Shown in pieces: positions 9,904-20,504 of a stretch of 64,000 nt of DNA; positions within the stretch are counted from its first letter, which is position 1; every line of letters begins with the position of its first letter. The stretch covers positions 81,296-145,295 of the forward strand of contig MWCD01000004.1 of NCBI GenBank assembly GCA_002069885.1, in the 5' to 3' direction. Source of the stretch: a bacterium ADurb.Bin236 (GTDB lineage: Bacteria; UBP15; UBA6099). A model generated the notes under the pieces. The model did not search any database and was not told where the DNA came from. It worked only from the letters and a program-made list of their open reading frames with translations. The translations under genes were made by a program, and so were the position numbers.

Positions 9904-11604
9904 CTAACTTTTCAATGACAGTTTGAAGCCGTCGCCAGTCACTATCTCTTTGCCTACCACCGGTATGTTCCCGTTTTCGGGGAGAACTATCTTCATCGGG
10001 CAGAAATCAAGTATGTCCCGTTTGATGTCGACGCCGGGCATAACGCGGCATAGTTCGACTCCTCGCTCCGTCAGTCTGAAAACGCCTACGTTCGTGTTGT
10101 AGAAAATTTTCATTCCGCGTTTCAGCGCTTCGCGTCCGCTGAATGTTATTTCGTCCACTTTGTCGACGAACTTGGGTTTGCCGCGTTTGATGATTTTAAG
10201 GCCGGACGGGGAGATGCTCATTTTTGAATGAGCCATGAATGTTCCTACGAAATTGACCATTTTGGCCGCGGTGGTCAGTTCCATGAAACCGCCCGGCCCG
10301 ACATAGTTGATCGCGCCCTCGCCTCTCTTGGAAACGTTCACGTTGCCTTCGCTGTCCACCTGAAGGAAACCGAGAGTCGTCACGTCGAGCTTTTCGAAGA
10401 ACATGTCGAATATGGAGGGAGAGGAAATCATTCTTTCGGGGCAGATGGAAGCGCCGAAGAATACTCCGGGAGCCGGGACGCCGCCGATGACGCCGCTTTC
10501 GACCAGCAGCTTCACATCGTTGAGAAGCCCTCCTTCAAAAAGGAGCCTGCACACTTCCTCCGGCAACCCGACGCCGACGTTAACATACATGCCTTTGCGA
10601 GCGTTTTCAGCAAATGTGGAAGCGGCAAGGCGCGCAAGCGCGTTGTCCACCTCGTTGCGGCGTGGCGTGATTCCGAGAACTTGGTTGACGAATTTCGACC
10701 TTGCGACGCCTTCCTCAATCGGGGTCGAGCTGTTAGTGGTGAAGAAGTCGAGCGGTTTGTCATGATAGATCGAGCCTGTCTGCTCAGTGCGGGGGTAGTA
10801 AACAATCGCGTCCACCTTGTCCGCCGGAAGAAAAATATCGTCATATCCTTCATCGACGATTAGGCCGACATTTACGATGACGATTCCGCCGTTGCGTTTT
10901 GCGGCCATGGCGGCCTCATAGCTTTCGCCTATCATTGAGGCGTTTTTCACATAAATATTTCCTTTGCGGTCTGCGGCGGGCGCGTTGAACAAAGCCACAT
11001 TAATCTTCGGGATGCTAAACCGGAGTTGGTCTCCCTCCGGGACAACGTATTGTTTGCCGTTCGGGTCGTTCAGAGGAGTGCCTCTGCCGACTCTGGGGTC
11101 AATGAAAGTGCCGACGCCGGTGGGAGTGAGAAGAGAGTCCTCGCCTCTGGCCTGAGCGGCGAAGAGCCTCGCTTCCGTCCCCTGAGGAATGACCTGTATC
11201 TCGCATTTTCCTTCGTCGCCGAGTTTAAGCTGAGCCTTGAATGTTTCCAGATGTCCTGCGAAGAACCTTGTGCAAAGGCCGGGGAGTCCCATTTCTTCGA
11301 CAGTGCCGGGAGCGATGCCTCTCCCGCCGTGTCCGCCTATGGAGCAGAATGTCAGGTCGCGCGGCTTTCCGGTTTCCTTGTATATTTCCTGCACGGCCCA
11401 GTACATTATCGAAGCGCGCTGGTTTCCGCCGAGTCCGGAGGTAGCTACGACCGAGCCGTCTTTAATCAGTTTAACCGCGTCTCTCGGCCCCATGAATTTC
11501 GGATTGCCGGGAACTGTGAACGTGTAATGAGTGTTCCTTTTGGCCCAAGTCAGCCGCCAATTTATGAGGTGTTTCAATAGACTCGCTTTGTCCACGATGT
11601 TCAT
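9904..11604 (-). CDS. Family I CoA-transferase, fused alpha/beta (propionate/acetate CoA-transferase type)
   Basis: PQG motif, TPTGVGTFIDPR, VNVGVGLPE, VESGVIGG (catalytic Glu), QVDSEGNVNVS, GPGGF. Confidence 0.9.
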   Translation of the reverse strand: MNIVDKASLLKHLINWRLTWAKRNTHYTFTVPGNPKFMGPRDAVKLIKDGSVVATSGLGGNQRASIMYWAVQEIYKETGKPRDLTFCSIGGHGGRGIAPGTVEEMGLPGLCTRFFAGHLETFKAQLKLGDEGKCEIQVIPQGTEARLFAAQARGEDSLLTPTGVGTFIDPRVGRGTPLNDPNGKQYVVPEGDQLRFSIPKINVALFNAPAADRKGNIYVKNASMIGESYEAAMAAKRNGGIVIVNVGLIVDEGYDDIFLPADKVDAIVYYPRTEQTGSIYHDKPLDFFTTNSSTPIEEGVARSKFVNQVLGITPRRNEVDNALARLAASTFAENARKGMYVNVGVGLPEEVCRLLFEGGLLNDVKLLVESGVIGGVPAPGVFFGASICPERMISSPSIFDMFFEKLDVTTLGFLQVDSEGNVNVSKRGEGAINYVGPGGFMELTTAAKMVNFVGTFMAHSKMSISPSGLKIIKRGKPKFVDKVDEITFSGREALKRGMKIFYNTNVGVFRLTERGVELCRVMPGVDIKRDILDFCPMKIVLPENGNIPVVGKEIVTGDGFKLSLKS

Positions 11605-11759
11605 AGTCAGCCTCCGAAGTTTAAAGCCGAAGATATTATAGTGTTTGGAGGGGTTATATCAACAGAAAACGACTCAAAAGAGTCAGCGCCGGCGGTTTTT
11701 TATATCTACGGATAATCGCGAACCCAATATGTATTTTGTCATACGGCAATCGTATTCGG

Positions 11760-13160
11760 CTATTTGGATTTATAGTAAATCATGAAACCGTTTGCAATTT
11801 TGCGTTCGCCTGAAGGCAGTTCGTTCATGATTTTATCGCCTATCGCCATCGCGCTCGATCCGCCTCCGTCAAGGTTCACCGCGTCCACCGCGCCGAGGTT
11901 TTTCATCAGGGACGCAAGCTCGTCGAGGGTCATCCCGATGCTCCGGGTTGAACGCCCTTCAACCACCACGAAAATCAATCGGTTGTCCGCCGTCGCGCCG
12001 ACCGCCGTTCTAGGGTTTCTCGCCGTTATAATTTGAGAGGTGAAAGTAAAATCCTCAATAAGGTTGGCTTGAATCGCGCTCTCTCGGACGAGCATCGGCC
12101 CTGCGGAAACGCCGTAAGCGATATTCCTGATGTCTGGGTATGAGGATAGAAGGAGTTTCACGCTCCCTCCAACAGCGAGAGGAGTCAGGAATTCGGCGTG
12201 CGAATCATCCGCTGACAGCACATAACCGTCTGCGGGTATAGCTGTGTCGCCGTCGCCGAAAGCGGAGATTTTGTCGCCACGAACGACAACCTCGCGGCGT
12301 CCCTTCGAGGTTCCGGTCTTCTTTCCGTATTCAGGCGTAAAAACGGCAATCTCGCCTTTGTTCGGTTTTATGTTCAGCCTGTGGACAAAATAAGATTTCT
12401 GGCCGTCAGCTCTTACGCCTATCTCGGCGTTCGGACGGATAAAAACCGGCTTGCCTTTATTGTCCACGCCGAAAAAGCCCCTGAATCTGTCCGGCAGAGT
12501 GAGAGCCTTGCCTTTGACGATAAGCAGGTCGATAGGAGCGCCGTTTTCGGTGTTGAAATAGCCGCCGTTGACGCCGATGGCCGCGCCCTTCCTTTTAACC
12601 ATCGATGAGAGGCTCTCAAGTCCGCCGAGTCTGTCTTCCCCAATGCACATGCCGAGGGATATGTTCGGGTCGGCGAGGTCCACTTCGAGAACATGATAAG
12701 CCATAGGCCCGGCTGGGGTCATTGTTTCTGTCGCCGAATAATCAATGCCCGGAAGCGGCTGCTTGCTCCTCTTTTTATCTTCTAGTTTTCGCGGAATCAC
12801 GATAACAAGCGACGGGCCGCCCTCGTGCGGAACTATGGTGTATGGCATTAGGAATGCGAGGTCGAGCACTACGCGCACTGTTTCGGGATTGGGTTTTCCG
12901 ACACGCGCGCCCTTAAGCAGCGCGTCTTCATATTTCTGTTCCGACATTTGAGCGGCGCCGGGAAAGTCAATCACAACTCGGGAAGGATTGCTCAAAACGA
13001 AACTGCTCGTCTTCGCCTCTTCATTGAGGCGTATAAGCAACTTGACGGAAGCGTCGTCGGAAATGTTTTTTATCTCAATAAGGTCCGCCGCCCTCAATGG
13101 AAGGCAGAAGGCTGAAAGCGAGACAGCGACCAGCGCCATGATTTTTACGAGCCTCGTCAT
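11760..13160 (-). CDS. Exported AMIN-domain protein with phosphodiester glycosidase (NAGPA-like) domain
   Basis: Signal peptide; FVLSNPSRVVIDF/VRVVLDL (AMIN); GVNGGYF, RNPRTAVG, NLDGGGSSAM. Start set at ATG 13160. Confidence 0.85.
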   Translation of the reverse strand: MTRLVKIMALVAVSLSAFCLPLRAADLIEIKNISDDASVKLLIRLNEEAKTSSFVLSNPSRVVIDFPGAAQMSEQKYEDALLKGARVGKPNPETVRVVLDLAFLMPYTIVPHEGGPSLVIVIPRKLEDKKRSKQPLPGIDYSATETMTPAGPMAYHVLEVDLADPNISLGMCIGEDRLGGLESLSSMVKRKGAAIGVNGGYFNTENGAPIDLLIVKGKALTLPDRFRGFFGVDNKGKPVFIRPNAEIGVRADGQKSYFVHRLNIKPNKGEIAVFTPEYGKKTGTSKGRREVVVRGDKISAFGDGDTAIPADGYVLSADDSHAEFLTPLAVGGSVKLLLSSYPDIRNIAYGVSAGPMLVRESAIQANLIEDFTFTSQIITARNPRTAVGATADNRLIFVVVEGRSTRSIGMTLDELASLMKNLGAVDAVNLDGGGSSAMAIGDKIMNELPSGERKIANGFMIYYKSK

Positions 13161-13191
13161 AAGGTGAGAATCCTCCGCGTCATGTGTTTTA

Positions 13192-15096
13192 TCAATGCCA
13201 TCTTGTCGCCGCAGGCCTCTGCCATACGTGTTGAGGATTCCACAGTTCCCCTTTGACGGTGAAACCTGAAGAGAATGTGGCGAGAGAGCCAAAATCCTCA
13301 ATAAAAACGAACGGAGCGATTCCGACGAAATTCCGGGCCGATTCTGGAGCCATCCGCGCGAAACCGGCCAGATTCAACATGCCGTTCAACCCGATAGTCC
13401 CGGACACATCGACGGAAATGCCGTTGCCTGTCAGCGACGCGTTTTTCACTTTCACAAAATTGTCGGTCAGTTCGAAAGATGACTGGAACGAGTCGAAATC
13501 GACTGTCTGATAAGGAACTCCGCGCCTTCCGGCGTACGGATTAGAGAAACTGCCATTCCTTATCGAGAGACTGCCGGAACCGGACGCGGCTCCCGCTCTG
13601 TTGAGAGAGCCGCGCGCGTTCAACTCCAGTTGCGCGGAGCCTGAAATCCTGCTCCTGAAGGAAGGGAAAAACGCGGCGAACTTTTCCGCATCGGTAATTT
13701 TTGCGGAAACTTTCAGCGACCAAGGCGCGCCCGGCATGAACAGAGACCCGAAAGAAAAGCCGCCTATCGCCGCTTCTCCCGACGCCGAGAAATCATTCGC
13801 CTCAATAAGAATGTTTTTCAGCCTCAGTTCCCCTCTTCCGCCCCCGATGTCGGCGATTAGGGATTTGAATGGAATCGAAGTCGGCCTTGTTCGGCGCTCA
13901 TCCGTCGAGAATAAATCGGGAGACGGCAGTTTCAAAGTTCCGTCTGTGACATGCGCCTTTCCGCTTTCGATATTCAGCGAGAAATTTTTCAGTCCGCCGG
14001 ATATCATGGCCTCTCCGTTAAGAAGCCCCGCAGGAGAATAGATAAAACCCGACATGTCTCTGAGGAGCCTCTGCAAGCGCACGTTTTCAATCGACACCGA
14101 CATGATGAAAGGTATGTCAGGCGAATTAAAATCGATGGTCCCGGAAGCGGTGGCGCGTTCGACGCCCACCCCGGCTTTCAACTCCGTCACGCGCATAATC
14201 CCCTTCGTATATGAAAACGACATGTCGAAATCTTTCAGGGAGGCTTTGCCTTCGAGTTGGGGCTGAGTCGGGAATCCGCGCGCCGCGAGAATAAGTTTTC
14301 CGGAACCGCCGGGAAGCTTCGCCGCGCCCGGCCCCTCAAACAGCGAGTTTTCCAGTGTGTCCCTCAAATTAGAGAAATTGAACGCGTCGGATGAATATGA
14401 AACATCCATGCCGATTTCCTTTGAGCACGGAGTGAAAATGCCAGATAGAAAAGATGGCGAACCCAACACATCAGACTTCATATCCAAAGCCAGCATACCG
14501 TCTGTTGTCTTTAACATGACGCCGCTCATGCCGGCCAGCCGAAGAGGCTCGAACCAAGCGGCTCCCGGCGGAGGCTCCATTTTCACAACCGCCCCCCTGA
14601 CCGATACGCGCGCCGGAAACGAGCTTTTGAAAGCGGCGCGGTCGCACTCCTCCAGCGCCTTCAGCCACGCGCCCGCGTTGTAAGCGCCCTTCTCGTCTCT
14701 GTAAATCGTTATTTCCGGGCTGTCTATCGAAACTTCCCTCAACACCACGCGCCCTAAGAGGAGCGACGGTATGTCCGCTGCAAGCTCCGCCTTCTTTATG
14801 GTGATATCGGGGATGCTCAGAGAACTGTCCTTCGACACCGCGCTAACGCCGATCAATTCAATGCGCAAACCGGGCGACACCCTTATTTCGTCGATTGTCA
14901 CGTCGCCCTGAATTGAAGAGCGCACATAATCCGCCGCCCGTCCGCGAACTTTCAGCACGGACACCAGAAGGATGGAATAGAAGACTGTGAGAGCGGACAA
15001 CACGCCGATTATCGGCGCCGGATTCCGCTTCATCCATTCCCAAACCAGTTCCGCGACCGCTAATATGAAAGTTGTCGCCTTGTCTAATATCGCCAT
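13192..15096 (-). CDS. AsmA/TamB-like membrane-anchored beta-rich protein
   Basis: Single N-terminal TM helix, then beta-strand-rich repeats (LREVSIDSPEITIYRD; FDSFQSSFEL..VKVKNASLTG..VSGTIGL). Confidence 0.7.
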   Translation of the reverse strand: MAILDKATTFILAVAELVWEWMKRNPAPIIGVLSALTVFYSILLVSVLKVRGRAADYVRSSIQGDVTIDEIRVSPGLRIELIGVSAVSKDSSLSIPDITIKKAELAADIPSLLLGRVVLREVSIDSPEITIYRDEKGAYNAGAWLKALEECDRAAFKSSFPARVSVRGAVVKMEPPPGAAWFEPLRLAGMSGVMLKTTDGMLALDMKSDVLGSPSFLSGIFTPCSKEIGMDVSYSSDAFNFSNLRDTLENSLFEGPGAAKLPGGSGKLILAARGFPTQPQLEGKASLKDFDMSFSYTKGIMRVTELKAGVGVERATASGTIDFNSPDIPFIMSVSIENVRLQRLLRDMSGFIYSPAGLLNGEAMISGGLKNFSLNIESGKAHVTDGTLKLPSPDLFSTDERRTRPTSIPFKSLIADIGGGRGELRLKNILIEANDFSASGEAAIGGFSFGSLFMPGAPWSLKVSAKITDAEKFAAFFPSFRSRISGSAQLELNARGSLNRAGAASGSGSLSIRNGSFSNPYAGRRGVPYQTVDFDSFQSSFELTDNFVKVKNASLTGNGISVDVSGTIGLNGMLNLAGFARMAPESARNFVGIAPFVFIEDFGSLATFSSGFTVKGELWNPQHVWQRPAATRWH

Positions 15097-15255
15097 ATTG
15101 CTCCGAGCGCTGACAATCTCCGTCTCCTATTCTAACAATGTTAGCGAATAATTTCTCAAAAAGTTTCCGAAAGCGTCAAATACCCTGTCTGTTTGGCGTC
15201 ATATTGGAAAAGCAGTTGATAAATTTAGCGAAATGCATAAAATTAGGATGGTTTT

Positions 15256-15344
15256 GGAGAGATGGCCGAGCGGCTGAAGGCGCACGCCTGGAAAGTGTGT
15301 TAGGCGCGAGAGCGTCTACGTGGGTTCAAATCCCACTCTCTCCG
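15256..15344 (+). tRNA. tRNA-Ser(GGA)
   Basis: GGAGAGA/TCTCTCC acceptor stem, D loop TGGCCGAGCGG, anticodon arm CACGC-CTGGAAA-GTGTG (GGA at 15290-15292), long variable arm TAGGCGC-GAGA-GCGTCTA, T arm GTGGG-TTCAAAT-CCCAC; CCA not encoded. Confidence 0.97.
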
Positions 15345-15427
15345 TAGGATTTTCCGGATGGAATATAGATAAGCGAAGTGTGTCTTTATCGCGAGTCAAG
15401 AGTAGAGCTACGGGGCTGTCGCGCGGG

Positions 15428-18142
15428 TTAGTATTTAAGCATACGTTGAGCATCCTCTTTCGGCGAAACGCGGGCGGCGCACACCTTCAGTTCGGGTATC
15501 TTGGCTATCGGGTCGAGCGCGGAGTTTGTGAGCGCGTTGGCTGCCGCCTCGGCGAAATGGAAAGGTATGAAGATAGAGCCTTCGGGAACCGCGTCCGAAA
15601 TAGCCGCCGCGATGCTTATCGCGCCTCGTCTTGATGTAACGTCGCAGAACTGTCCGTCGGCGATATTCAGGCTGCGAGCGTCTTCGGGATTGATCTGGAA
15701 AAAAGCCTGAGGCACATGCTCGTCGAGGGGCCGGGAGCGCCGGGTCATCGTCCCGGTGTGATAGTGATAAAGTATGCGTCCTGTGATGAGAGTCATCGGG
15801 TAATCGGCGTCGGGAACCTCGTCGGGGCCGGAGAATTCGACCGCCGCAAACTTGCCTTTTCCGCGAGTGAACGCGCCTATGTGAAGTATGGGTGTTCCGG
15901 GGTGCGACTTAGACGGACAAGGCCAATGCACGGCCTCTCTGTCGATGCGCTCATAGTCCACCCCGCCGTAGCTGGGCGTAAGTGACGCTATCTCCTCCAT
16001 TATCCGCTCCGGGCTTTCATAGTCCATTCTATAGCCGAACCGCATCGCCAACTCGCCGATGATGCGCCAGTCCTGTTTGCTATCGCCGGGAGCCGCCACC
16101 GCCGCTCTTACTCGTTGCACGCGCCGCTCCGTGTTCGTGAATGTTCCATCCTTCTCGGCAAAGCAGACGGCTGGAAGAACAACGTCCGCCAGTTTTGCTG
16201 TCTCTGTGATAAATATGTCCTGAACGATAAGCAAATCCAATTTTTCCAAAGCTTTGCGCACATGGCCGGTGTCAGGGTCGGACACCATAGGGTTTTCGCC
16301 CATGATGTACATCGCTTTAATATCGCCTTTTATTGCGGCGCGCATCATTTCTGTGGCGGTCAGCCCTGAGGATTCAGGAAGTTCGGCTTTCCATGCGGCG
16401 GAGAATTTTTTCCTCGCGTCGGGGTTGGAAACCTGCTGGTATCCGGAAAAGACGTTGGGCAGAGCGCCCATGTCGCAGCTTCCCTGCACGTTGTTCTGGC
16501 CTCTGAGAGGATTGACGCCTGTTCCGGGCTTGCCGATGTTGCCAGTCAGCATCGCAAGATTCGCGACGGACATGACGTTGTTCGTGCCGGATGTGTGTTG
16601 CGTTATGCCCATTGAGTAAAGTATGGCGGCTTTTTCGGCTGTGGCGTAAACGCGAGCCGCAGCGCGCAGGGCGTCCGCCGGGATGCCCGTGATATTTTCC
16701 ACATATTCCGGCGTGTATTTCTTGACCGCCGCCTTCATTTCTTCGAAACCTTCGGTGCGGTTCTCGATAAATGAGGCGTCATGCAGCCCTTCGCTGATGA
16801 TTACGTTGATGAATCCGTTTATCCATGCGACATCCGAGCCGGATTTCTGGCAAAGGTGGATTTCCGCGATATCGCAAAGCTGGATGCGGCGAGGTTCGAC
16901 GACAATAATCTTCGCGCCGCGCCTTGCCGCCTTTTTCACTTGAAGCGCGATTATCGGGTGCGTCTCGGTGGTGTTCGACCCGGTTATGAGTATGACGTCC
17001 GCCTGCGAGATGTCCGCGATGGTGTTGGTCATAGCTCCGCTGCCGAAGGATATCGCCAGCCCCGCGACTGTGGACGCGTGGCAGAGTCTAGCGCAGTGGT
17101 CCACATTGTTAGTTCCAATGACGGCGCGCATGAACTTCTGAAAAAGATAGTTCTCTTCGTTGGTGCATCTTGCGGAAGCGAGGCCGGCTATCGAATCCGC
17201 GCCGCTCTCTCCTTGAATGTCGCACAATCTTCTCGCCGCGAAATCCAAAGCCTTCTTCCATGTCGCTGGTTTCAATTCGCCGTCTTCTCTGACCAGAGGA
17301 ACTGTCAAACGTTCGGGGCTGTGGATGAAGCCGTAACCGAATCTTCCTTTCGAACATAGAGCGACGCCGTTCACGGGCGCGGAGGGATTGGATGTGACTT
17401 TCACTACTTTGCCGTCTTTGACGTTCAGGTCCAACTGGCAGCCGCAACCGCAATATGGGCAGGTGGTGGATACTTTGTTGAGTTCCCACTCCCGCGCGAC
17501 GCCCGCCGCGTCTCTTTCTCTCAAGGCCCCGGTAGGGCACGCCGCGACGCAGTTTCCGCAGAAGACGCATCCGGAATCCTTCATATTTCTGTTCAAAGGC
17601 GTTGAAATCATGGTAGCGAAGCCGCGATGGGCGAAATCGATTATGAAATCGCCTTGAATCTCCGCGCATGCGTTCACGCAACGACCGCACAGGATGCATT
17701 TGTTATAGTCTCTCACATAGAACGGGTTGTCACGGTGTTCGGGATAGTTGTAAATCGCGCCGCCTTTGAACCGCGTGTCCGAAACGCCGTATTCGTAGCA
17801 GTATTTCTGAAGCAGGCATTTGCCTGCCATATCGCAGGTCATACAGTCTTTGGGGTGAGCGGAAAGAAGCAGTTCAAGAACCATTTTTCTGGCTCTGACG
17901 ACCCGCTCGGTTCCCGTCGAAACTTTCATGTCAGGGGAAACTTTGACCGCGCATGACGGCATAAGAGCGCGCTGGCCCTCAACCTCGACCACGCACAGCC
18001 TGCATGCGCCTGTCGGTTGAAGATATTCCGCGTGGCAAAGATGGGGAATGTCCACGCCGTTCGCTTGCGCGGCTTCAAGGATAGTCATGCCATCACTTGC
18101 CTCCGCTTCCCGTCCATCTATGAAGAAATTGATTTCATTCAT
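15428..18142 (-). CDS. fdhF: Formate dehydrogenase alpha subunit, Cys-type (Mo/W-bisPGD, N-terminal 2Fe-2S/4Fe-4S domains)
   Basis: CPYCGCGC..CSKG cluster, NNVDHCARLCHAST (TGC, Cys354, at 17081-17083), LRGQNNVQG, C-terminal molybdopterin-dinucleotide domain LITGRILYHYHTGTMTRR. Confidence 0.95.
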   Translation of the reverse strand: MNEINFFIDGREAEASDGMTILEAAQANGVDIPHLCHAEYLQPTGACRLCVVEVEGQRALMPSCAVKVSPDMKVSTGTERVVRARKMVLELLLSAHPKDCMTCDMAGKCLLQKYCYEYGVSDTRFKGGAIYNYPEHRDNPFYVRDYNKCILCGRCVNACAEIQGDFIIDFAHRGFATMISTPLNRNMKDSGCVFCGNCVAACPTGALRERDAAGVAREWELNKVSTTCPYCGCGCQLDLNVKDGKVVKVTSNPSAPVNGVALCSKGRFGYGFIHSPERLTVPLVREDGELKPATWKKALDFAARRLCDIQGESGADSIAGLASARCTNEENYLFQKFMRAVIGTNNVDHCARLCHASTVAGLAISFGSGAMTNTIADISQADVILITGSNTTETHPIIALQVKKAARRGAKIIVVEPRRIQLCDIAEIHLCQKSGSDVAWINGFINVIISEGLHDASFIENRTEGFEEMKAAVKKYTPEYVENITGIPADALRAAARVYATAEKAAILYSMGITQHTSGTNNVMSVANLAMLTGNIGKPGTGVNPLRGQNNVQGSCDMGALPNVFSGYQQVSNPDARKKFSAAWKAELPESSGLTATEMMRAAIKGDIKAMYIMGENPMVSDPDTGHVRKALEKLDLLIVQDIFITETAKLADVVLPAVCFAEKDGTFTNTERRVQRVRAAVAAPGDSKQDWRIIGELAMRFGYRMDYESPERIMEEIASLTPSYGGVDYERIDREAVHWPCPSKSHPGTPILHIGAFTRGKGKFAAVEFSGPDEVPDADYPMTLITGRILYHYHTGTMTRRSRPLDEHVPQAFFQINPEDARSLNIADGQFCDVTSRRGAISIAAAISDAVPEGSIFIPFHFAEAAANALTNSALDPIAKIPELKVCAARVSPKEDAQRMLKY

Positions 18143-18157
18143 CCCTTTGCCTCCGCT

Positions 18158-20008
18158 TCAGGACAGCTCGATGGCGTCAAACGGGCACACCGTATGGCAC
18201 ATCCCGCATTTGACGCATTTCGCCTGATCAATTTTGTGGATTTCTTTTTTTTGCCCGGATATCGCGTTTGCCGGGCAAGACTCGGCGCACTTGTGGCACT
18301 TCTTGCATTTGTCTTCCGCCACCGTGTAAGTGAGAAGAGCCTTGCATTTGAGAGACGGGCATTTTTTCTGCTCAATGTGCGCCAGATATTCATCCCTGAA
18401 ATATTTCAGGGTGGTTATAACCGGGTTGGGAGCGGTCTGCCCCAGCCCGCACAGCGAAGTGTCCTTCACTATGTCAGCCGTCTCTTCGAGAAGCGCCAAG
18501 TCTTTCATCGTTCCCTTGCCGTCGGTGATTCTCTCCAGCAGTTCCAGCATTCTCTTTGTTCCCATCCTGCAGGGAACGCATTTTCCGCACGATTCGGACT
18601 GAGTGAACGTCATGAAATATTTGGCGATATCGACGACGCAAGTGGACTCGTCCATGATAATCAGGCCGCCGCTGCCCATAATCGCGCCGACTTTCGCAAG
18701 CGAATCGTAATCTATCGGGAGGTCCAAGAACTGCTCCGGGATGCAGCCGCCCGACGGCCCGCCTGTGAGCGCCGCCTTGAATTTTTTTCCGTTCGGGATG
18801 CCGCCGCCGACTTCGAATATTATTTCCCTTAAAGTCATCCCCATCGGAGCTTCCACCAGCCCGGTGTTTCTTATCATCCCGGCGAGAGCAAACACCTTCG
18901 TGCCCTTGCTCTTTTCAGTTCCCATCGACGCGTACCAATCCGAGCCGTTCTCAATGATGGCGGCGACGTTGGCGAGAGTTTCCACATTGTTGATGCAGGT
19001 CGGATGTCCCCAAAGCCCGGACTGGATGGGGAATGGGGGGCGCACTCTGGGAGTCCCGCGCTTGCCTTCGATAGAGGCCATGAGAGCTGTCTCCTCGCCG
19101 CAAACGAAAGCCCCGGCTCCCTCTTTTATATGCAGATCAAATGAGAATTTCGTCCCTAATATGTTGCGGCCCAGCAATCCAAGCTCTTCCATCTGCTTGA
19201 GAGCGATATTCAGATGAGCGATTGCGATGGGATACTCTGCGCGAACGTAGATATAACCTTCGTCAGATCCTATCGCATAAGCGCCGATAAGCATGCCTTC
19301 GAGAACGGCGTGCGGGTCGCCCTCAAGCACGGCGCGGTCCATGAAAGCTCCGGGATCGCCTTCGTCGGCGTTGCAAACTAAAAACTTCTTATCGCTCCGC
19401 TCTTTGTTCGCAAATCTCCATTTAAGCCCGGTTGGGAAACCCGCTCCGCCCCTGCCCCTCAGCCCGGATTTCAATATCTCCTCAACCACTTCCTCCGGTT
19501 TCATCGTCTCAAGCGCTTTTGAGAAAGCCGCATACCCGCCCCTGCATATATAGTCGTCAATCTCTCTCGGATCGACAACGCCGCAATTCTTCAGAACCAA
19601 CCGTTTCTGGTGGCTGTAGAAAGGAATTTCTTTTTCCTTGACGATTTTCTCCTGAGTCGCCGGGTCTGCGAACAGCAGCCGTTCCACCGTTCTGCCGTTA
19701 ACTACAGTCTCTTCGACAATCTCCGCGGCGTCTTCCGGTTTAAGATTTCCATAAAAAATATTGCCCGGCTCCACTACCGCCACCGGAGACATTGAACAGA
19801 AGCCGTGACAGCCGGTCTCGATGACTTTGAATTTATTCTCCAAACCGCGTTTTTTCAGTTCGGCCTTGAGCGACTCGGAAAAGGCGTCGGCTCCCTTTGC
19901 CCGGCAGCCCGTCATACACACCCTGACAGCGGTCGCTTCGGAGTCTCGCTCCTTGTTCAACTTTTCGCGGTATTTGGCGATGTCCTTGAATGTTTTAAAA
20001 CGCGCCAT
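18158..20008 (-). CDS. NuoF/HydB/HylB-like NADH-binding flavin subunit
   Basis: N-terminal thioredoxin-like 2Fe-2S region, GLRGRGGAGFPTG, NADEGDPGAFMDR, GAGAFVCGEETAL, GGPSGG, ESCGKCVPCR, two C-terminal 4Fe-4S motifs. Confidence 0.95.
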   Translation of the reverse strand: MARFKTFKDIAKYREKLNKERDSEATAVRVCMTGCRAKGADAFSESLKAELKKRGLENKFKVIETGCHGFCSMSPVAVVEPGNIFYGNLKPEDAAEIVEETVVNGRTVERLLFADPATQEKIVKEKEIPFYSHQKRLVLKNCGVVDPREIDDYICRGGYAAFSKALETMKPEEVVEEILKSGLRGRGGAGFPTGLKWRFANKERSDKKFLVCNADEGDPGAFMDRAVLEGDPHAVLEGMLIGAYAIGSDEGYIYVRAEYPIAIAHLNIALKQMEELGLLGRNILGTKFSFDLHIKEGAGAFVCGEETALMASIEGKRGTPRVRPPFPIQSGLWGHPTCINNVETLANVAAIIENGSDWYASMGTEKSKGTKVFALAGMIRNTGLVEAPMGMTLREIIFEVGGGIPNGKKFKAALTGGPSGGCIPEQFLDLPIDYDSLAKVGAIMGSGGLIIMDESTCVVDIAKYFMTFTQSESCGKCVPCRMGTKRMLELLERITDGKGTMKDLALLEETADIVKDTSLCGLGQTAPNPVITTLKYFRDEYLAHIEQKKCPSLKCKALLTYTVAEDKCKKCHKCAESCPANAISGQKKEIHKIDQAKCVKCGMCHTVCPFDAIELS

Positions 20009-20012
20009 GATG

Positions 20013-20504
20013 TTATTCCTCCGGGTCGGGCGTCCCTGCGTCAGCGCCGCCGCCGATATATTTTTTTAATATCTTTCCCACCGTCTTTGGCGTCTGCTCG
20101 CCGTAATAATCCTTGTCTATCATTATGGCTGGAGCGAGAAAACAAGTGCCGAGGCAGGCCACTGTTTCAAGTTGGAAGCTCAGGTCTTCAGTCGGATTTC
20201 CCGCCTTAACGCCCAGTTTTTCTTCGAGAGCCTGCAATGCCGCCCCGGCTCCGCGCACATGGCAGGCCGTGCCGACGCACACCTTAATCGTATGCTTGCC
20301 CCTCGGAGACAAATAAAACTGCGAATAGAAAGTCGCCACTCCGAAAACCCGGCTGAACGGGATTCCGAGTCCCTTTGAGATTTGCTCAAGAGTTTCCCCG
20401 GACAGGTATCCCATTTGGGCTTGCGCTTTCTGAAGAGCAGGGATAAGAGAACCGGGCTTTCCCCGATATCGTTCGATGATTTCCGTCAATGCGCTTGTAG
20501 ACAT
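20013..20504 (-). CDS. NuoE/HydC/HylC-like 2Fe-2S subunit
   Basis: VATFYSQF, CVGTACHVRG, ACLGTCFLAP; AAGGAG precedes ATG 20504. Confidence 0.93.
   Translation of the reverse strand: MSTSALTEIIERYRGKPGSLIPALQKAQAQMGYLSGETLEQISKGLGIPFSRVFGVATFYSQFYLSPRGKHTIKVCVGTACHVRGAGAALQALEEKLGVKAGNPTEDLSFQLETVACLGTCFLAPAIMIDKDYYGEQTPKTVGKILKKYIGGGADAGTPDPEE

Noticed and set aside
15256-15344. tRNA next to the Sec-FDH locus might be tRNA-Sec
   Set aside because: The anticodon is GGA, not TCA, and the acceptor stem is a normal 7 bp.
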